From Coprobacillaceae bacterium (GTDB taxonomy: Bacteria; Bacillota_I; Bacilli_A; Erysipelotrichales; Coprobacillaceae): 32,000 nucleotides of DNA. The notes under the pieces were generated by a model. The model searched no databases and had not been told where the DNA came from. It saw nothing but the letters and a program-made list of their open reading frames with translations. The DNA is taken from NCBI GenBank assembly GCA_963675915.1, contig OY780959.1, forward strand, positions 2,310,001-2,342,000, given 5' to 3'. Numbering within the stretch: the first letter of the stretch is position 1; every line of letters starts with the position of its first letter. Of this stretch, positions 10,306 to 20,947 are shown in pieces. The translations under genes were made by a program, and so were the position numbers.

Positions 10306-10851
10306 ATGTCTCGTATCGGTAATAAATTAATTAGCATTCCTGATGGTGTCACTGTAGAAGTTGCTGCAAATAATGAAGTAACGGTTAAAGGACCAAAAGG
10401 AGCATTAACAAGACAATTTGATCCATCTATTTCTGTAGAAATCGAAGATGGAACTATTACTGTTAAAAGAAGTAGTGAAATTAAACGTGTAAAACAATTG
10501 CACGGTACAACTAGAGCGTTAATCGCTAACATGATCGAAGGTTGCAACACTGGGTTCAAAAAAGAACTTGAAATCGTTGGGATCGGGTATCGTGGACAAA
10601 TGAAGGGTGGAAAACTGGTTATGAACCTTGGACACTCTCATCCAATCGAATTGGAAATCGAAGAAGGAATCACTGTTGAAACTCCTTCTAACACAAAAAT
10701 TATCGTTTCTGGAATTTCTAAAGAACGTGTAGGACAAGTTGCTGCAGAAATCAGAGCATGGCGTAAACCAGAACCTTACAAAGGAAAAGGTGTTCGTTAT
10801 GTAGATGAAAGAATCATTAGAAAAGAAGGAAAAACTGCTGGTAAAAAGTAG
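10306..10851 (+). CDS. rplF: 50S ribosomal protein L6
   Basis: 181 aa, MSRIGNKLISIPDGV and EPYKGKGVRY. Confidence 0.98.
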   Translation: MSRIGNKLISIPDGVTVEVAANNEVTVKGPKGALTRQFDPSISVEIEDGTITVKRSSEIKRVKQLHGTTRALIANMIEGCNTGFKKELEIVGIGYRGQMKGGKLVMNLGHSHPIELEIEEGITVETPSNTKIIVSGISKERVGQVAAEIRAWRKPEPYKGKGVRYVDERIIRKEGKTAGKK

Positions 10852-10877
10852 TTAGCTAAAGGAAAGGAGCTCACAAA

Positions 10878-11234
10878 ATGGCAAAAAAATTATCACGTAA
10901 CGATAGCCGTCTTAAAAGACATGCTCGTATTCGTAGAAAAATCTCTGGGTCGGCTGAATGCCCACGTTTAAACGTATTCCGTTCTAACGCTCATATCCAT
11001 GCTCAAATCATTGATGATGTCAATGGTGTGACTTTAGCTAGCGCGTCAAGCGTTGATATGAAATTAGAAAACGGTAGCAACGTTGAAGCTGCAACTAAAG
11101 TTGGAGCTGCAATTGGTGAACGCGCCAAAGCTGCCGGAATTGAAAATGTAGTATTTGATCGTGGAGGTTATGTATACCATGGTCGTGTTAAAGCTTTAGC
11201 AGAAGCTGCTAGAGAAGCTGGATTAAAATTCTAA
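10878..11234 (+). CDS. rplR: 50S ribosomal protein L18
   Basis: 118 aa, [18 protein letters not shown] and [26 protein letters not shown]. Confidence 0.98.
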   Translation: MAKKLSRNDSRLKRHARIRRKISGSAECPRLNVFRSNAHIHAQIIDDVNGVTLASASSVDMKLENGSNVEAATKVGAAIGERAKAAGIENVVFDRGGYVYHGRVKALAEAAREAGLKF

Positions 11235-11245
11235 AGGAGGTCAAT

Positions 11246-11803
11246 ATGGAAGAACGTAAACCTAGACAAAATACTGGTCCTAGAAGAAATCGCAGAAATT
11301 CGAAAAATAGACCTAGAAGAGAAGCAAAAGAATTTGAAGAACGCGTTGTAACTATTAACCGTATTACTAAAGTAGTAAAAGGTGGTCGTAAAATGAGATT
11401 TGCGGCATTAGTAGTTATTGGAGATAAAAAAGGTCGTGTTGGTTTTGGAACTGGAAAAGCTAACGAAGTACCTGATGCAATCCGTAAAGCAATCGAAGAT
11501 GCTAAACGTAACTTAGTTACTGTACCTATGGTAAACGGAACTATCACTCATGAAATCGATGGTGTTTTCAAATCAGGTCACGTATTCTTAAGACCGGCAT
11601 CTAAAGGGACTGGAATCATCGCTGGTGGACCTGTCCGTGCGGTTGTCGAATTAGCTGGATACTCAGATATCTTATCTAAATCATTGGGTTCTAGAACACC
11701 AATCAACATGGTAAGAGCTACAGTTGAAGGATTAAAATCAATGAAAACTGTTGAAGAAGTAGCTAAATTAAGAGATAAAACAGTTCAAGAAATCTACGGT
11801 TAG
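11246..11803 (+). CDS. rpsE: 30S ribosomal protein S5
   Basis: 185 aa, [24 protein letters not shown]. Arg/Asn-rich N-terminal extension. Confidence 0.98.
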   Translation: MEERKPRQNTGPRRNRRNSKNRPRREAKEFEERVVTINRITKVVKGGRKMRFAALVVIGDKKGRVGFGTGKANEVPDAIRKAIEDAKRNLVTVPMVNGTITHEIDGVFKSGHVFLRPASKGTGIIAGGPVRAVVELAGYSDILSKSLGSRTPINMVRATVEGLKSMKTVEEVAKLRDKTVQEIYG

Positions 11804-11815
11804 GAGGACCTATAA

Positions 11816-11998
11816 ATGGCAGACAATTTAAGTATTACGCTTGTGAAAAGCCCTATCGGTCACAAACCTAAACAAAGAGCAACTCTTCAAGCGTTAGGAT
11901 TAACAAAATTAAACAAAACAGTGGTAAAACAAAACAATGTTTATACTAAAGGTATGATCAGAGTTGTTGAACACCTAGTAAAAGTTGAAGAAAATTAG
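11816..11998 (+). CDS. rpmD: 50S ribosomal protein L30
   Basis: 60 aa, [23 protein letters not shown]. Confidence 0.97.
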   Translation: MADNLSITLVKSPIGHKPKQRATLQALGLTKLNKTVVKQNNVYTKGMIRVVEHLVKVEEN

Positions 11999-12009
11999 GA
12001 GGTGTAACG

Positions 12010-12450
12010 ATGAAATTACATGAATTACGATACACTGAAGGTTCTCGTAAAAACAGAAAACGTGTTGGACGTGGAACTAGTTCTGGAACTGGTAAAACAT
12101 CAGGTAAAGGACAAAAAGGTCAAAAAGCTCGTTCAGGCGGTATGAAAAAAGCTGGCTTTGAAGGGGGACAAACACCTTTATTCATGCGTATTCCAAAACG
12201 TGGATTTACTAACGTAAACCGTAAAGAATATGCAATTGTAAACGTTGAATCATTAAATAAATTCGATGCAAACAGTGTAGTAACTATCGAAGCGTTAAAA
12301 GAAGCCGGATTGGTTAAAAAAGAATTAGCTGGTGTTAAAATCTTAGGAAATGGTGAATTAGAAAAAGCGTTGACTGTTCAAGCTAACAAATTCTCAAAAT
12401 CAGCTATTACTGCTATCGAGGCTGCTGGTGGTAAAACAGAGGTGATCTAA
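12010..12450 (+). CDS. rplO: 50S ribosomal protein L15
   Basis: 146 aa, [22 protein letters not shown]. Confidence 0.98.
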   Translation: MKLHELRYTEGSRKNRKRVGRGTSSGTGKTSGKGQKGQKARSGGMKKAGFEGGQTPLFMRIPKRGFTNVNRKEYAIVNVESLNKFDANSVVTIEALKEAGLVKKELAGVKILGNGELEKALTVQANKFSKSAITAIEAAGGKTEVI

Positions 12451-12451
12451 A

Positions 12452-13738
12452 ATGCGAAACTTTTTGAAAAATGTTTTCTCAAAAGGGGAGCTTCGCCGCA
12501 AGATCGTATTTACTTTAGGAATTTTGTTTGTATACCGACTGGGTGCTGCAATCACTATTCCTTCAGTTAATATTGGTTCAATCAATACTTCATCCGAAGG
12601 ACTCTTTGGAATCTTGAATATGATTGGCGGAGGAACTTTAGAAAGATTTTCAATATTTGCATTAGGTGTTTCGCCTTATATCACTTCATCAATCATCGTT
12701 GAGTTATTATCAATGGATGTGATTCCAGTTTTAACTCAATGGTCAAAAGAGGGAAATACTGGTAAAAAGAAAAAGGATCAAGTTACGCGCTACGTAACTT
12801 TGGCCTTGTCTTTATTGCAAGGATTCGTGCTGACATACGCGTTTGATCGCGGGTATGGAATAATCGATAATCCTACAATGTGGTCATATATCTACGTTGT
12901 AGTAATTATGACAGGCGGATCAATGTTTGCAGTTTGGTTGGGTGACCAAATTTCAAACAAGGGAATTGGTAACGGGGTATCACTGTTGATCTTCACAGGG
13001 ATCGTGTCCAATTTGCCAACTTCATTCATTACGACGTTCAATTCGATTGTAACTGAAGGAAGCAGCTTCACCCTTGATTTGATATGGTACATTTTATTTG
13101 TTATAGTATATGTGGCAATCATTGTATTCGTTGTATTCAATGAAGGTTCTCAAAGAAAGATCCCGATTGTTTATGCATCTAGTACCAATACGGTCATGCG
13201 TACTCGTGAACAAACTCATATGCCAATCAAAATCAACAGTTCTGGGGTAATCCCAGTTATCTTCGCGGCATCTGTTATGGCGGCACCTAGAACGGTTATC
13301 TCGTTCATGGAGTCAAACAGTGTCACAAAAATCATTGATACAATATGTAATTACCAACAACCAGTCGGGTTTGTTCTATACATCCTGATGATTGCGTTCT
13401 TTACTTTCTTCTACAGTAATCTTCAAATCGATTCTGAAAAGATCAGTAAAGATTTACGTAAAAACGGTGGTTCTATTCCGGGTGTTCGTACCGGGGAAGA
13501 CACCAGATGGTACTTATATCGTGTCATCAATCAAGTAACTGTAGTTGGGGCTTTATTTTTAATAATTATTGCCGCTATACCGGTTATTACTCCTGTGATT
13601 TGGGAGCAAACAGCTAATGCTCAGGTATCTCTTGGAGGAACGGGGTTAATCATCGTTACTTCAGTTGCATTAGAGACAATTAGACAAATAAAAACACAAG
13701 TCACTCGTAAAGAGTATCACGGATATATTCGAAAGTAG
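12452..13738 (+). CDS. secY: Preprotein translocase subunit SecY
   Basis: 428 aa polytopic membrane protein in the canonical position after rplO. LGVSPYITSSIIVELL motif. Confidence 0.97.
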   Translation: MRNFLKNVFSKGELRRKIVFTLGILFVYRLGAAITIPSVNIGSINTSSEGLFGILNMIGGGTLERFSIFALGVSPYITSSIIVELLSMDVIPVLTQWSKEGNTGKKKKDQVTRYVTLALSLLQGFVLTYAFDRGYGIIDNPTMWSYIYVVVIMTGGSMFAVWLGDQISNKGIGNGVSLLIFTGIVSNLPTSFITTFNSIVTEGSSFTLDLIWYILFVIVYVAIIVFVVFNEGSQRKIPIVYASSTNTVMRTREQTHMPIKINSSGVIPVIFAASVMAAPRTVISFMESNSVTKIIDTICNYQQPVGFVLYILMIAFFTFFYSNLQIDSEKISKDLRKNGGSIPGVRTGEDTRWYLYRVINQVTVVGALFLIIIAAIPVITPVIWEQTANAQVSLGGTGLIIVTSVALETIRQIKTQVTRKEYHGYIRK

Positions 13739-13752
13739 TGTAGGAGGCGTCA

Positions 13753-14400
13753 ATGAATATTATTTTAATGGGCCCACCTGGTGCAGGTAAGGGAACTCAA
13801 GCAGCAAAACTTGTAAATGAGTATGGATTAAAACATATTTCTACAGGGGATATTTTTAGAAAAGCCTTGAAGGAACAAACTAAATACGGAGTTATTGCAA
13901 AATACTTCATTCAATTTGGTTACTTGGTACCAGATGACTACACAATTGGTATGGTAAGAGAATACTTGAGGGAAAACGAATTCCCTAATGGATTCATCTT
14001 AGATGGTTTCCCAAGAACAATTATTCAAGCGCGTGAGCTGGAATCTATCGGTAAGGAATTCGGATTCAAGATCGATGCGGTTCTTAACCTGGATGTTGAT
14101 ATGAACAGTCTTGCTAAAAGATTATCTGGTAGACGTACTTGCCGTAATTGCGGAGCTACTTATCATGTCGAGTTTAATCCTCCAAAAACAGAAAATGTTT
14201 GTGATAAATGTGGTGGCGAATTATATCAACGTGCCGATGAAAGCGAAGAAGCTGTAAAGGTTCGTTTAGAAACTTATAACAAGCAAACTCGTCCATTAGT
14301 TGATTATTACACAATGACAGGCGAGATTACTAATATTAATGGTGATCAATCTATGGATAACGTCTTTAGCGATATTAAGGCCCATCTGGAGGCTTTGTAA
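13753..14400 (+). CDS. adk: Adenylate kinase (Zn-binding Cys4 lid)
   Basis: 215 aa. P-loop GPPGAGKGT. Lid CRNCGATYH and CDKCGGEL. Confidence 0.98.
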   Translation: MNIILMGPPGAGKGTQAAKLVNEYGLKHISTGDIFRKALKEQTKYGVIAKYFIQFGYLVPDDYTIGMVREYLRENEFPNGFILDGFPRTIIQARELESIGKEFGFKIDAVLNLDVDMNSLAKRLSGRRTCRNCGATYHVEFNPPKTENVCDKCGGELYQRADESEEAVKVRLETYNKQTRPLVDYYTMTGEITNINGDQSMDNVFSDIKAHLEAL

Positions 14401-15146
14401 TGATCATTACTAAAGATGCAAAAGAAATAGAATGGATGAAAGAAGCCGGAAGGGTTGTAGCGTTAGTTCATCAAAGACTAAGCGAAGTAATTGTGCCAGG
14501 GATAACTACCAAACATATCAATGATGTTTGCGAAGAAGTTATCTACGCTAATGGTGCAACTCCTTCATTTTTAAATTTGTATGGTTTCCCTGCAAGTGTC
14601 TGTACCTCAGTAAATGAGACAGTCGTGCATGGTATTCCTAATAACACAGTATTAAAAAATGGTGATATTATCTCAGTAGATGTCGGAGCATGCGTTCATG
14701 GTTATCATGGCGACAGCGCTTGGACTTATGCGGTTGGGGAAATCAGTGAAGAGGCCAAACGTTTAATGGAAGTCTGTGAGGCTTCATTATATGAAGGTCT
14801 TGAATTTGTGAAACCTGGTAACCGTATATCTGATATTTCTTATGCAATTCAATCGTATCTGGAAAGTAATGGATGTTCTACTCCCCGTGACTATACCGGT
14901 CATGGAATTGGAAGTTCTGTTCATGAAGATCCCGCAGTTCCAAACTTCGGTAATCCAGGACGTGGTCCTCGGTTAAAAAAAGGTATGGCATTGGCCATTG
15001 AACCTATGGCTCATTTAGGTGCAAAAGAAACTCAGACCTTACAAGATGGGTGGACGGTAGTGACTTGTGACCGCACATTGGCGGCTCACTATGAACATAC
15101 TATCATAATAACTGATGATGGATTTGAAATAACAACAAAACTTTAG
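14400..15146 (+). CDS. map: Type I methionine aminopeptidase
   Basis: 248 aa. Metal-ligand context DVGACVHGYHGDS, GHGIG, LAIEPM, YEHT. ATG overlaps the adk stop. Confidence 0.97.
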   Translation: MIITKDAKEIEWMKEAGRVVALVHQRLSEVIVPGITTKHINDVCEEVIYANGATPSFLNLYGFPASVCTSVNETVVHGIPNNTVLKNGDIISVDVGACVHGYHGDSAWTYAVGEISEEAKRLMEVCEASLYEGLEFVKPGNRISDISYAIQSYLESNGCSTPRDYTGHGIGSSVHEDPAVPNFGNPGRGPRLKKGMALAIEPMAHLGAKETQTLQDGWTVVTCDRTLAAHYEHTIIITDDGFEITTKL

Positions 15147-15159
15147 TAAGGAGTAAAAT

Positions 15160-15381
15160 ATGGCAAAAAAAGATGACGTAATTGAAGTAGAAGCAACTGT
15201 TCTTGAAACGTTGCCAAACGCAATGTTCAAAGTTGCATTAGAAAATGGAGTGGAAATTCTTGCTCACGTTTCTGGTAAAATCCGTATGCATTACATTCGC
15301 ATTTTACCGGGGGATAGAGTTACCGTTGAAATATCTCCATATGACTTAACACGTGGGCGAATTACATTTAGACATAAGTAG
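15160..15381 (+). CDS. infA: Translation initiation factor IF-1
   Basis: 73 aa, S1-like, [13 protein letters not shown] and [17 protein letters not shown]. Confidence 0.98.
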   Translation: MAKKDDVIEVEATVLETLPNAMFKVALENGVEILAHVSGKIRMHYIRILPGDRVTVEISPYDLTRGRITFRHK

Positions 15382-15402
15382 TCAGTACTAGGAGGAAGCA
15401 AG

Positions 15403-15516
15403 ATGAAAGTAAGACCATCTGTAAAACCAATTTGTGATAAATGCAGAGTAATTAAAAGAAAAGGGCGCGTAATGGTAATTTGCGAAAACCCTAAACATAA
15501 ACAAAGACAAGGTTAA
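15403..15516 (+). CDS. rpmJ: 50S ribosomal protein L36 (Zn-ribbon C3H form)
   Basis: Not in the ORF track because it is under 60 aa. Hand translation gives [37 protein letters not shown] (37 aa). AGGAGGAAG RBS at 15390-15398. Canonical position between infA and rpsM. Confidence 0.95.
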   Translation: MKVRPSVKPICDKCRVIKRKGRVMVICENPKHKQRQG

Positions 15517-15529
15517 TTAGGAGGAAAAT

Positions 15530-15895
15530 ATGGCTCGTATAGCAGGTATAGATATCCCACGTGACAAACGTGTTGTAGTATCTTTAACATATATTTATGG
15601 TATTGGGAGACCTACTTCTCAAAAAGTCTTGGAAAAAGTTGGAATCGATGAAAACATTCGTGTTAAAGATTTAACTGAAGAACAAGTAAATTTAATTAGA
15701 AAAGAAATCGAATCTATTAAAGTTGAAGGGGATCTTCGTCGTGAAGTCGCTTTAAATATCAAACGTTTAATGGAAATCGGTTCTTACCGTGGTATCCGTC
15801 ATCGTAAAGGATTACCTGTTCGTGGACAAAAAACAAAAACAAATGCTCGTACTCGAAAAGGTAAAGCACGTCCAGTCACAGGAAAGAAAAAATAA
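15530..15895 (+). CDS. rpsM: 30S ribosomal protein S13
   Basis: 121 aa, [15 protein letters not shown]. Confidence 0.98.
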   Translation: MARIAGIDIPRDKRVVVSLTYIYGIGRPTSQKVLEKVGIDENIRVKDLTEEQVNLIRKEIESIKVEGDLRREVALNIKRLMEIGSYRGIRHRKGLPVRGQKTKTNARTRKGKARPVTGKKK

Positions 15896-15914
15896 TTTAA
15901 GGAGGATTGGATAA

Positions 15915-16307
15915 ATGGCAAAAGCAAGACAAGTACGTGGTAAAAAACGTGTAAAGAAAAATATAGCTAAGGGTGTAGCTCACATCCATTCAACATTCAA
16001 CAATACTATCGTTACTATCTCTGATGAACATGGTAACGTTGTATCTTGGTCTTCAGCAGGAGCGTTAGGGTTCAAAGGTTCTCGTAAATCTACTCCTTTC
16101 GCTGCTCAAGAAGCTTCTCAAGCTGCAGCTAAAGCTGCAATGGATCATGGGATGAAATCAGTTGAAGTAAATGTAAAAGGGCCTGGTCCAGGTCGTGAAT
16201 CAGCAGTTAGAGCATTACAAGCTGCTGGATTAGAAGTTACTGCAATCACTGATGTAACTCCTATTCCTCATAACGGATGCCGTCCACCGAAACGTCCTCG
16301 TGGATAA
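15915..16307 (+). CDS. rpsK: 30S ribosomal protein S11
   Basis: 130 aa, [15 protein letters not shown] and [13 protein letters not shown]. Confidence 0.98.
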   Translation: MAKARQVRGKKRVKKNIAKGVAHIHSTFNNTIVTISDEHGNVVSWSSAGALGFKGSRKSTPFAAQEASQAAAKAAMDHGMKSVEVNVKGPGPGRESAVRALQAAGLEVTAITDVTPIPHNGCRPPKRPRG

Positions 16308-16338
16308 CAAATATTTTTACTAGTAGAGGAGGAAAAAC

Positions 16339-17283
16339 ATGCAAAAATTTGAAAAAGCAAACATTAATATTCGTAATTTAGATGAATCTGACAACTATGG
16401 TAAGTTTGTAATCGAACCATTGGAAAGAGGATTTGGGACTACTTTAGGAAACGCCCTAAGAAGAGTATTATTATCTTCTCTACCGGGATCTGCGGTATAC
16501 GCTATTAAAATTCAAGGAGCAATCCATGAATTTTCAGCAGTAGAAGGTGTCGTTGAAGATGTAACTGCGATAATTCTTAATTTGAAGAAATTGGTTTTTG
16601 ACATTGAAAGCGACGAAAATGTAACTATGATAATTGACGTTGCCGGTCCTGCAAGAGTAACTGGTAAAGATATTCAGTGTCCTTCGGACGTTAGAATCAT
16701 TTCTGAAGATTTGGAAATCGCAAATGTTGCTGAAGGCGGACATTTGTACATGGAACTTTACGCTCGTAAAGATCGTGGTTATTATAGCGCTGATCAAAAC
16801 AAGAGAGATATCAAAACAATTGGAATTATCCCTACGGATTCAATTTTTACACCAGTTGAAAAAGTATCTTACAATGTTGAACCAACTCGTGTTGGGGAAT
16901 CAGCAAAATACGATTTGTTGACTTTAGAAGTTGAAACAAACGGTTCTTTGAAACCTTATGAAGCAATTTCAATTGCATCTAAAATATTAGTTGAACACTT
17001 GAACATGTTTGTAGAGATGACAGACATCGCTATGAATATGGAAGTTATGTCTGAAGTTGAAGAAGATACTACTGACAAAGTGTTAGATATGACGATTGAA
17101 GAACTTGATTTATCAGTTCGTTCATACAACTGCCTGAAACGTGCCGGAATTCAAACTGTCCAAGACTTAGCAGCTAAGTCTGAAGACGAAATGATCAAAG
17201 TACGTAATTTGGGTAAAAAATCATTAAAAGAAGTAAAAGAAAAGTTAAGCGAACTTGGTCTAGGTTTTAGACCTGTCGACTAA
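16339..17283 (+). CDS. rpoA: DNA-directed RNA polymerase alpha subunit
   Basis: 314 aa, [29 protein letters not shown]-terminal domain [16 protein letters not shown]. Confidence 0.98.
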   Translation: MQKFEKANINIRNLDESDNYGKFVIEPLERGFGTTLGNALRRVLLSSLPGSAVYAIKIQGAIHEFSAVEGVVEDVTAIILNLKKLVFDIESDENVTMIIDVAGPARVTGKDIQCPSDVRIISEDLEIANVAEGGHLYMELYARKDRGYYSADQNKRDIKTIGIIPTDSIFTPVEKVSYNVEPTRVGESAKYDLLTLEVETNGSLKPYEAISIASKILVEHLNMFVEMTDIAMNMEVMSEVEEDTTDKVLDMTIEELDLSVRSYNCLKRAGIQTVQDLAAKSEDEMIKVRNLGKKSLKEVKEKLSELGLGFRPVD

Positions 17284-17307
17284 CATTTTTAAGGAAGGAG
17301 CGCAACC

Positions 17308-17673
17308 ATGGCTAAAAATAGAAAATTAGGGCGTACATCAGATATTCGTAAATCAATGTTACGTTCATTAGCAACTGAAGTAATCGTAAACGGACAAGTC
17401 CGTACTACTGAAACTCGTGCTAAAGAAGTACGTTCAGTTGTTGAAGAATTAATCACTTTAGGAAAACGTGGAGATTTACACGCAAGAAGACAAGCAGCAG
17501 CAGAAATGCATAAAGTAACTTGTCCTGAAACAGGGAAAAACGCTGTTCAAGTTTTATTTGATGATGTAGCACCTAAATTTGAAGGTGTTAACGGTGGATA
17601 TACACGTATCTATAAATTAGATAACCGTAAAGGTGACAATGCCCCAATGGCATTATTGCAATTAACAAAATAA
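17308..17673 (+). CDS. rplQ: 50S ribosomal protein L17
   Basis: 121 aa, [16 protein letters not shown] and GGYTRIYKL. Confidence 0.98.
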   Translation: MAKNRKLGRTSDIRKSMLRSLATEVIVNGQVRTTETRAKEVRSVVEELITLGKRGDLHARRQAAAEMHKVTCPETGKNAVQVLFDDVAPKFEGVNGGYTRIYKLDNRKGDNAPMALLQLTK

Positions 17674-17679
17674 TTAAAT

Positions 17680-17702
17680 GGCGGGCCTAGCCCGCTTTTT
17701 TA
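17680..17702 (+). terminator. Rho-independent terminator ending the ribosomal superoperon
   Basis: GCGGGC (17681-17686) pairs with GCCCGC (17690-17695) around a CTA loop, followed by T6. Confidence 0.85.
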
Positions 17703-17711
17703 GTTATTAGG

Positions 17712-17740
17712 TTGACTTTATTGTTCTATTTTCATACAAT
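17712..17740 (+). promoter_or_regulatory. Sigma-A promoter for ecfA1-ecfA2-ecfT-truA
   Basis: TTGACT (17712-17717), 17-nt spacer, TACAAT (17735-17740). GGGAGG RBS before ATG 17763. Confidence 0.7.
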
Positions 17741-17762
17741 AAGTTAAATTGGGAGGCAAATA

Positions 17763-18593
17763 ATGAGCAATATTATCGAAATTAGGGATTTGTGTTTCAG
17801 TTATGTGGAGAGTAACCCCGTTCTGAATAACTTGTCTTTGGAAGTCAAAAAAGGAGAATACGTTGCCATATTGGGACCGAACGGTAGCGGTAAAAGTACA
17901 ATTGCCAAGCTGCTTTTAGGTCTGTTGGAAGCCCGAAGCGGCACTATCGTGGTCAACGGTTTGGAACTCAACCTTGAAAATCTATATGATGTCCGCCGCA
18001 ACATCGGACTTGTTTTCCAAAATCCCGATAACCAGTTCATCGGGTCGACTGTCCGTGACGACATTGCTTTTGGCTTGGAGAACATCTGCGTACCGCAGGA
18101 GGAAATGGAATCCAAAATAATTGAAAATGCCAAGAAAGTCCATATGAGCGAATTTTTGGACCATGAACCGACCAAACTCTCAGGAGGGCAGAAACAACGG
18201 GTGGCCATAGCCGGATGTCTGGCGATGGAACCAAATATCATAATCCTCGACGAGGCGACAAGCATGCTTGACCCCCTTGGAAGAGGACAAATCAACCGGA
18301 CCATCAAGAAAATATCCGATGATCGTGATATAACAGTGATTTCAATCACTCATGATATCGAAGCCGCCAAAGAAGCTGACCGGGTTATCGTGATTAATGG
18401 CGGGACAGTACAGTTGCAAGGAGCGCCGCACGAAGTTTTCCGGGATCAAGAATTCATGAGCTCGATGAGTCTGGATGTGCCGTTTGCCCTGAAATTATCA
18501 GCTGATTTAAAAGCAGCCGGTTATTCCATCGAAAAAACTATTGAAGAGAAGGAGTTGGTCGCACAACTATGTCAATTACATTCAAACAAGTAA
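17763..18593 (+). CDS. ecfA1: Energy-coupling factor (ECF) transporter ATPase EcfA1
   Basis: 276 aa. GPNGSGKST, LSGGQKQRVAIAG, IIILDEATSMLD. Canonical position after rplQ in Bacillota. Confidence 0.93.
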   Translation: MSNIIEIRDLCFSYVESNPVLNNLSLEVKKGEYVAILGPNGSGKSTIAKLLLGLLEARSGTIVVNGLELNLENLYDVRRNIGLVFQNPDNQFIGSTVRDDIAFGLENICVPQEEMESKIIENAKKVHMSEFLDHEPTKLSGGQKQRVAIAGCLAMEPNIIILDEATSMLDPLGRGQINRTIKKISDDRDITVISITHDIEAAKEADRVIVINGGTVQLQGAPHEVFRDQEFMSSMSLDVPFALKLSADLKAAGYSIEKTIEEKELVAQLCQLHSNK

Positions 18594-19420
18594 GCCATAT
18601 CTATGGGATCAACACCCCTTTTGAATTCCAGGCGCTAGATAATGTGGATCTGGAGATTGAACTGAACAAGGTTACGGCAATTGTCGGGCATACCGGTTCG
18701 GGGAAATCTACCCTGATCCAGCATCTTAACGCCTTGTTGCAACCCACCTCAGGAGAGGTTGTTGTTGATGAGTTTTCAATCACCAGTGAAAAACCGAAAC
18801 AGTCGTTGAAGCCGCTTAGGAAAAAAGTGGGAATGGTATTCCAATTTCCCGAGTATCAGCTTTTCGAGGAAACCATCGAGAAGGATATAATTTTTGGTCC
18901 GAAGAATTTCGGAGTCAGCGATGAAGAAGCCAAAGAGATTGCCAGACGGGTTATCTGTCAAGTTGGTCTTGACGAATCTTATCTCGAGCGCTCTCCTTTT
19001 GATTTGTCAGGAGGGCAGAAACGCCGGGTAGCCATTGCCGGAATTCTGGCATCACAACCGGAAATCCTGGTTCTTGATGAACCGACTGCGGGACTCGATC
19101 CCCAAGGAGCCATCGAGATGATGGATCTGTTCAAAAATCTCAATAATGAAGGGGTCACTATCATTCTGGTTACCCACAACATGGATCATGTGCTGGAATA
19201 TTGCCAGAACGTGGTTGTAATGAAATCCGGTAAAGTTGAGAAAAATTGTACAGTTGAAGAACTTTTCAAGGATGTGACATATCTGGAAACCCTTGATATC
19301 GAGCTCCCGATCATAACCAGGTTCATAAACGATCTCAATAACTGTGGCTATAAAATCGACAGTTCAATCAACGATTACCAGGTATTGATGAAAGCAGTAA
19401 AGGAGCAGTTAAATGGATAG
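18569..19420 (+). CDS. ecfA2: ECF transporter ATPase EcfA2
   Basis: 283 aa. GHTGSGKST, LSGGQKRRVAIAG, ILVLDEPTAGLD. 25-nt overlap with ecfA1. Confidence 0.93.
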   Translation: MSITFKQVSHIYGINTPFEFQALDNVDLEIELNKVTAIVGHTGSGKSTLIQHLNALLQPTSGEVVVDEFSITSEKPKQSLKPLRKKVGMVFQFPEYQLFEETIEKDIIFGPKNFGVSDEEAKEIARRVICQVGLDESYLERSPFDLSGGQKRRVAIAGILASQPEILVLDEPTAGLDPQGAIEMMDLFKNLNNEGVTIILVTHNMDHVLEYCQNVVVMKSGKVEKNCTVEELFKDVTYLETLDIELPIITRFINDLNNCGYKIDSSINDYQVLMKAVKEQLNG

Positions 19421-20213
19421 TATTACATTTGGTCGTTATATTCCCGGGGATTCGATTATTCATCGACTCGATCCGCGCGGTAAGATTATCTGCCTGTTTG
19501 TCTTGTTGGTTGCTGTTTTCTTTGATGCCGGATTTATCGGATATGGTATTCTGGGGGCATTTTTGATTTTGATTGTCTTGATGTCGAAGACCAGTTTCAA
19601 GGATATCTTCAAAGCTTTGAAGCCGATGTTGATCATGATGGTGATCATCTCGCTGTTCAATGTGTTTTTGATCAGGACCGGGGACTTGCTGTTTTCATAC
19701 GGTTTCCTGGAAATCCACGAGGATGCCCTGTTCCAAACCGCATATATCATAATCAGGTTGTTTTTGATCATTACCCTTTCAACGGTTCTGACAACCACAA
19801 CCAAACCTTTGGATTTGACATTGGGAATTGAAAAGTTGCTTGAACCGCTCAAGAAATTCAATTTTCCTTCTCATGAATTGGCGATGATGATTTCGATTGC
19901 ACTACGGTTTATCCCGGATTTGATTGATGAAACCAAGAGAATAACCAAGGCCCAGGCTAGCCGTGGGGTTGACTTCAATGAGGGTTCATTTATTTCCCGG
20001 GTAACATCGATGGTCTCATTGGTAATTCCCCTGTTCATTTCGTCGGTTCTAAGAGCTGAGGATCTTGCCAACGCCATGGAATCACGCAATTATAATCCGG
20101 TAGCACCGCGAACCCGTTACAAACTGCTGGCCTGGACAGTCAAGGACACTGTCGCAATCGGCGCCAGTCTTCTCATCCTGACAGGAATAATAGTTCTTAG
20201 CGTGGTGTTGTGA
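19413..20213 (+). CDS. ecfT: ECF transporter transmembrane component EcfT
   Basis: 266 aa polytopic protein with the conserved ARG motifs region (ITKAQASRGVDF and VLRAEDLANAMESRNY). 8-nt overlap with ecfA2. Confidence 0.92.
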   Translation: MDSITFGRYIPGDSIIHRLDPRGKIICLFVLLVAVFFDAGFIGYGILGAFLILIVLMSKTSFKDIFKALKPMLIMMVIISLFNVFLIRTGDLLFSYGFLEIHEDALFQTAYIIIRLFLIITLSTVLTTTTKPLDLTLGIEKLLEPLKKFNFPSHELAMMISIALRFIPDLIDETKRITKAQASRGVDFNEGSFISRVTSMVSLVIPLFISSVLRAEDLANAMESRNYNPVAPRTRYKLLAWTVKDTVAIGASLLILTGIIVLSVVL

Positions 20214-20947
20214 TGAGAATCAAATGCACAGTATCTTATGATGGTTCGAAATTCAAGGGATGGCAGATCCAGAACACTCATCGGACTGTTCAAGGAGAAA
20301 TCCATAAAGCCCTGAAAAATATCTGTCAAACCGAAATCATCATCCATGGCTCGGGGCGAACAGATGGCAAGGTTCACGGCCGTAACCAAATCTTTCATTT
20401 TGATACTGAAAAAAATCTGGATTGCAACCGCTGGAAACAGGCAATCAATCATTTCCTTCCTAATGATATTTACATCAAGAAGGTGGAATTGGTTGATGAA
20501 GAGTTCCATTCAAGATATTCAGCTAAAGGCAAGGAATACCGCTACTATGTCAATGTCGGCGAGTATGATCCTTTCACCACCAACTACATCTTCCAGCTTA
20601 ATCGACCTTTGGATGTCGAATTGATGCAAGAGGGGGCCAATATCTTTATCGGCGAACATGATTTCGCATCATACTGTTCTTATGATCAGCTCGGAACAAC
20701 TGTTCGCAAAATATATGAATTTGAAGTTACTAAAGAAAATGAAATCGTATGTTTCCGTGTTAAAGGCAACGGATTTCGCCGCTACATGGTCCGCCATCTA
20801 GTCGGGGGACTGATCCAACTCGGTCAACACCGGATTGGAATCGACCGACTGGCGACCATGCTTGAAAGCAATGGTGAGATCAAATGCCTGTTCAAAGCGA
20901 AACCTCAAGGTCTTTATTTGCAGGAGGTAGAATATGAGCAAAACTAA
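20210..20947 (+). CDS. truA: tRNA pseudouridine(38-40) synthase TruA
   Basis: 245 aa. YDGSKFKGWQIQ and catalytic-Asp context GSGRTDGKVHG. ATGA overlap with the ecfT stop. Confidence 0.95.
   Translation: MMRIKCTVSYDGSKFKGWQIQNTHRTVQGEIHKALKNICQTEIIIHGSGRTDGKVHGRNQIFHFDTEKNLDCNRWKQAINHFLPNDIYIKKVELVDEEFHSRYSAKGKEYRYYVNVGEYDPFTTNYIFQLNRPLDVELMQEGANIFIGEHDFASYCSYDQLGTTVRKIYEFEVTKENEIVCFRVKGNGFRRYMVRHLVGGLIQLGQHRIGIDRLATMLESNGEIKCLFKAKPQGLYLQEVEYEQN

Noticed and set aside
3300-17700. Lower GC and different codon choice (TTA, CGT, GGT, CCA) in the ribosomal block versus flanking genes (CTG, CCG, GGC), read as a possible horizontally acquired island
   Set aside because: The pattern tracks expected expression level: r-proteins, hup and pduL share it. 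Gene order is the universal S10-spc-alpha arrangement. Translational selection is the simpler explanation. This was judged by eye, not computed.
17674-17762. Possible structured 'L17 downstream element'-like RNA after rplQ
   Set aside because: The region holds only a simple GC hairpin plus T-tract (a terminator), immediately followed by a consensus promoter. No additional conserved-looking structure is visible.
17801-18349. 182-aa antisense ORF within ecfA1, plus smaller ones in ecfA1 and ecfA2
   Set aside because: The sense strand carries complete Walker A, signature and Walker B motifs. Long antisense ORFs inside ATPase genes like this are most simply read as frame artefacts.
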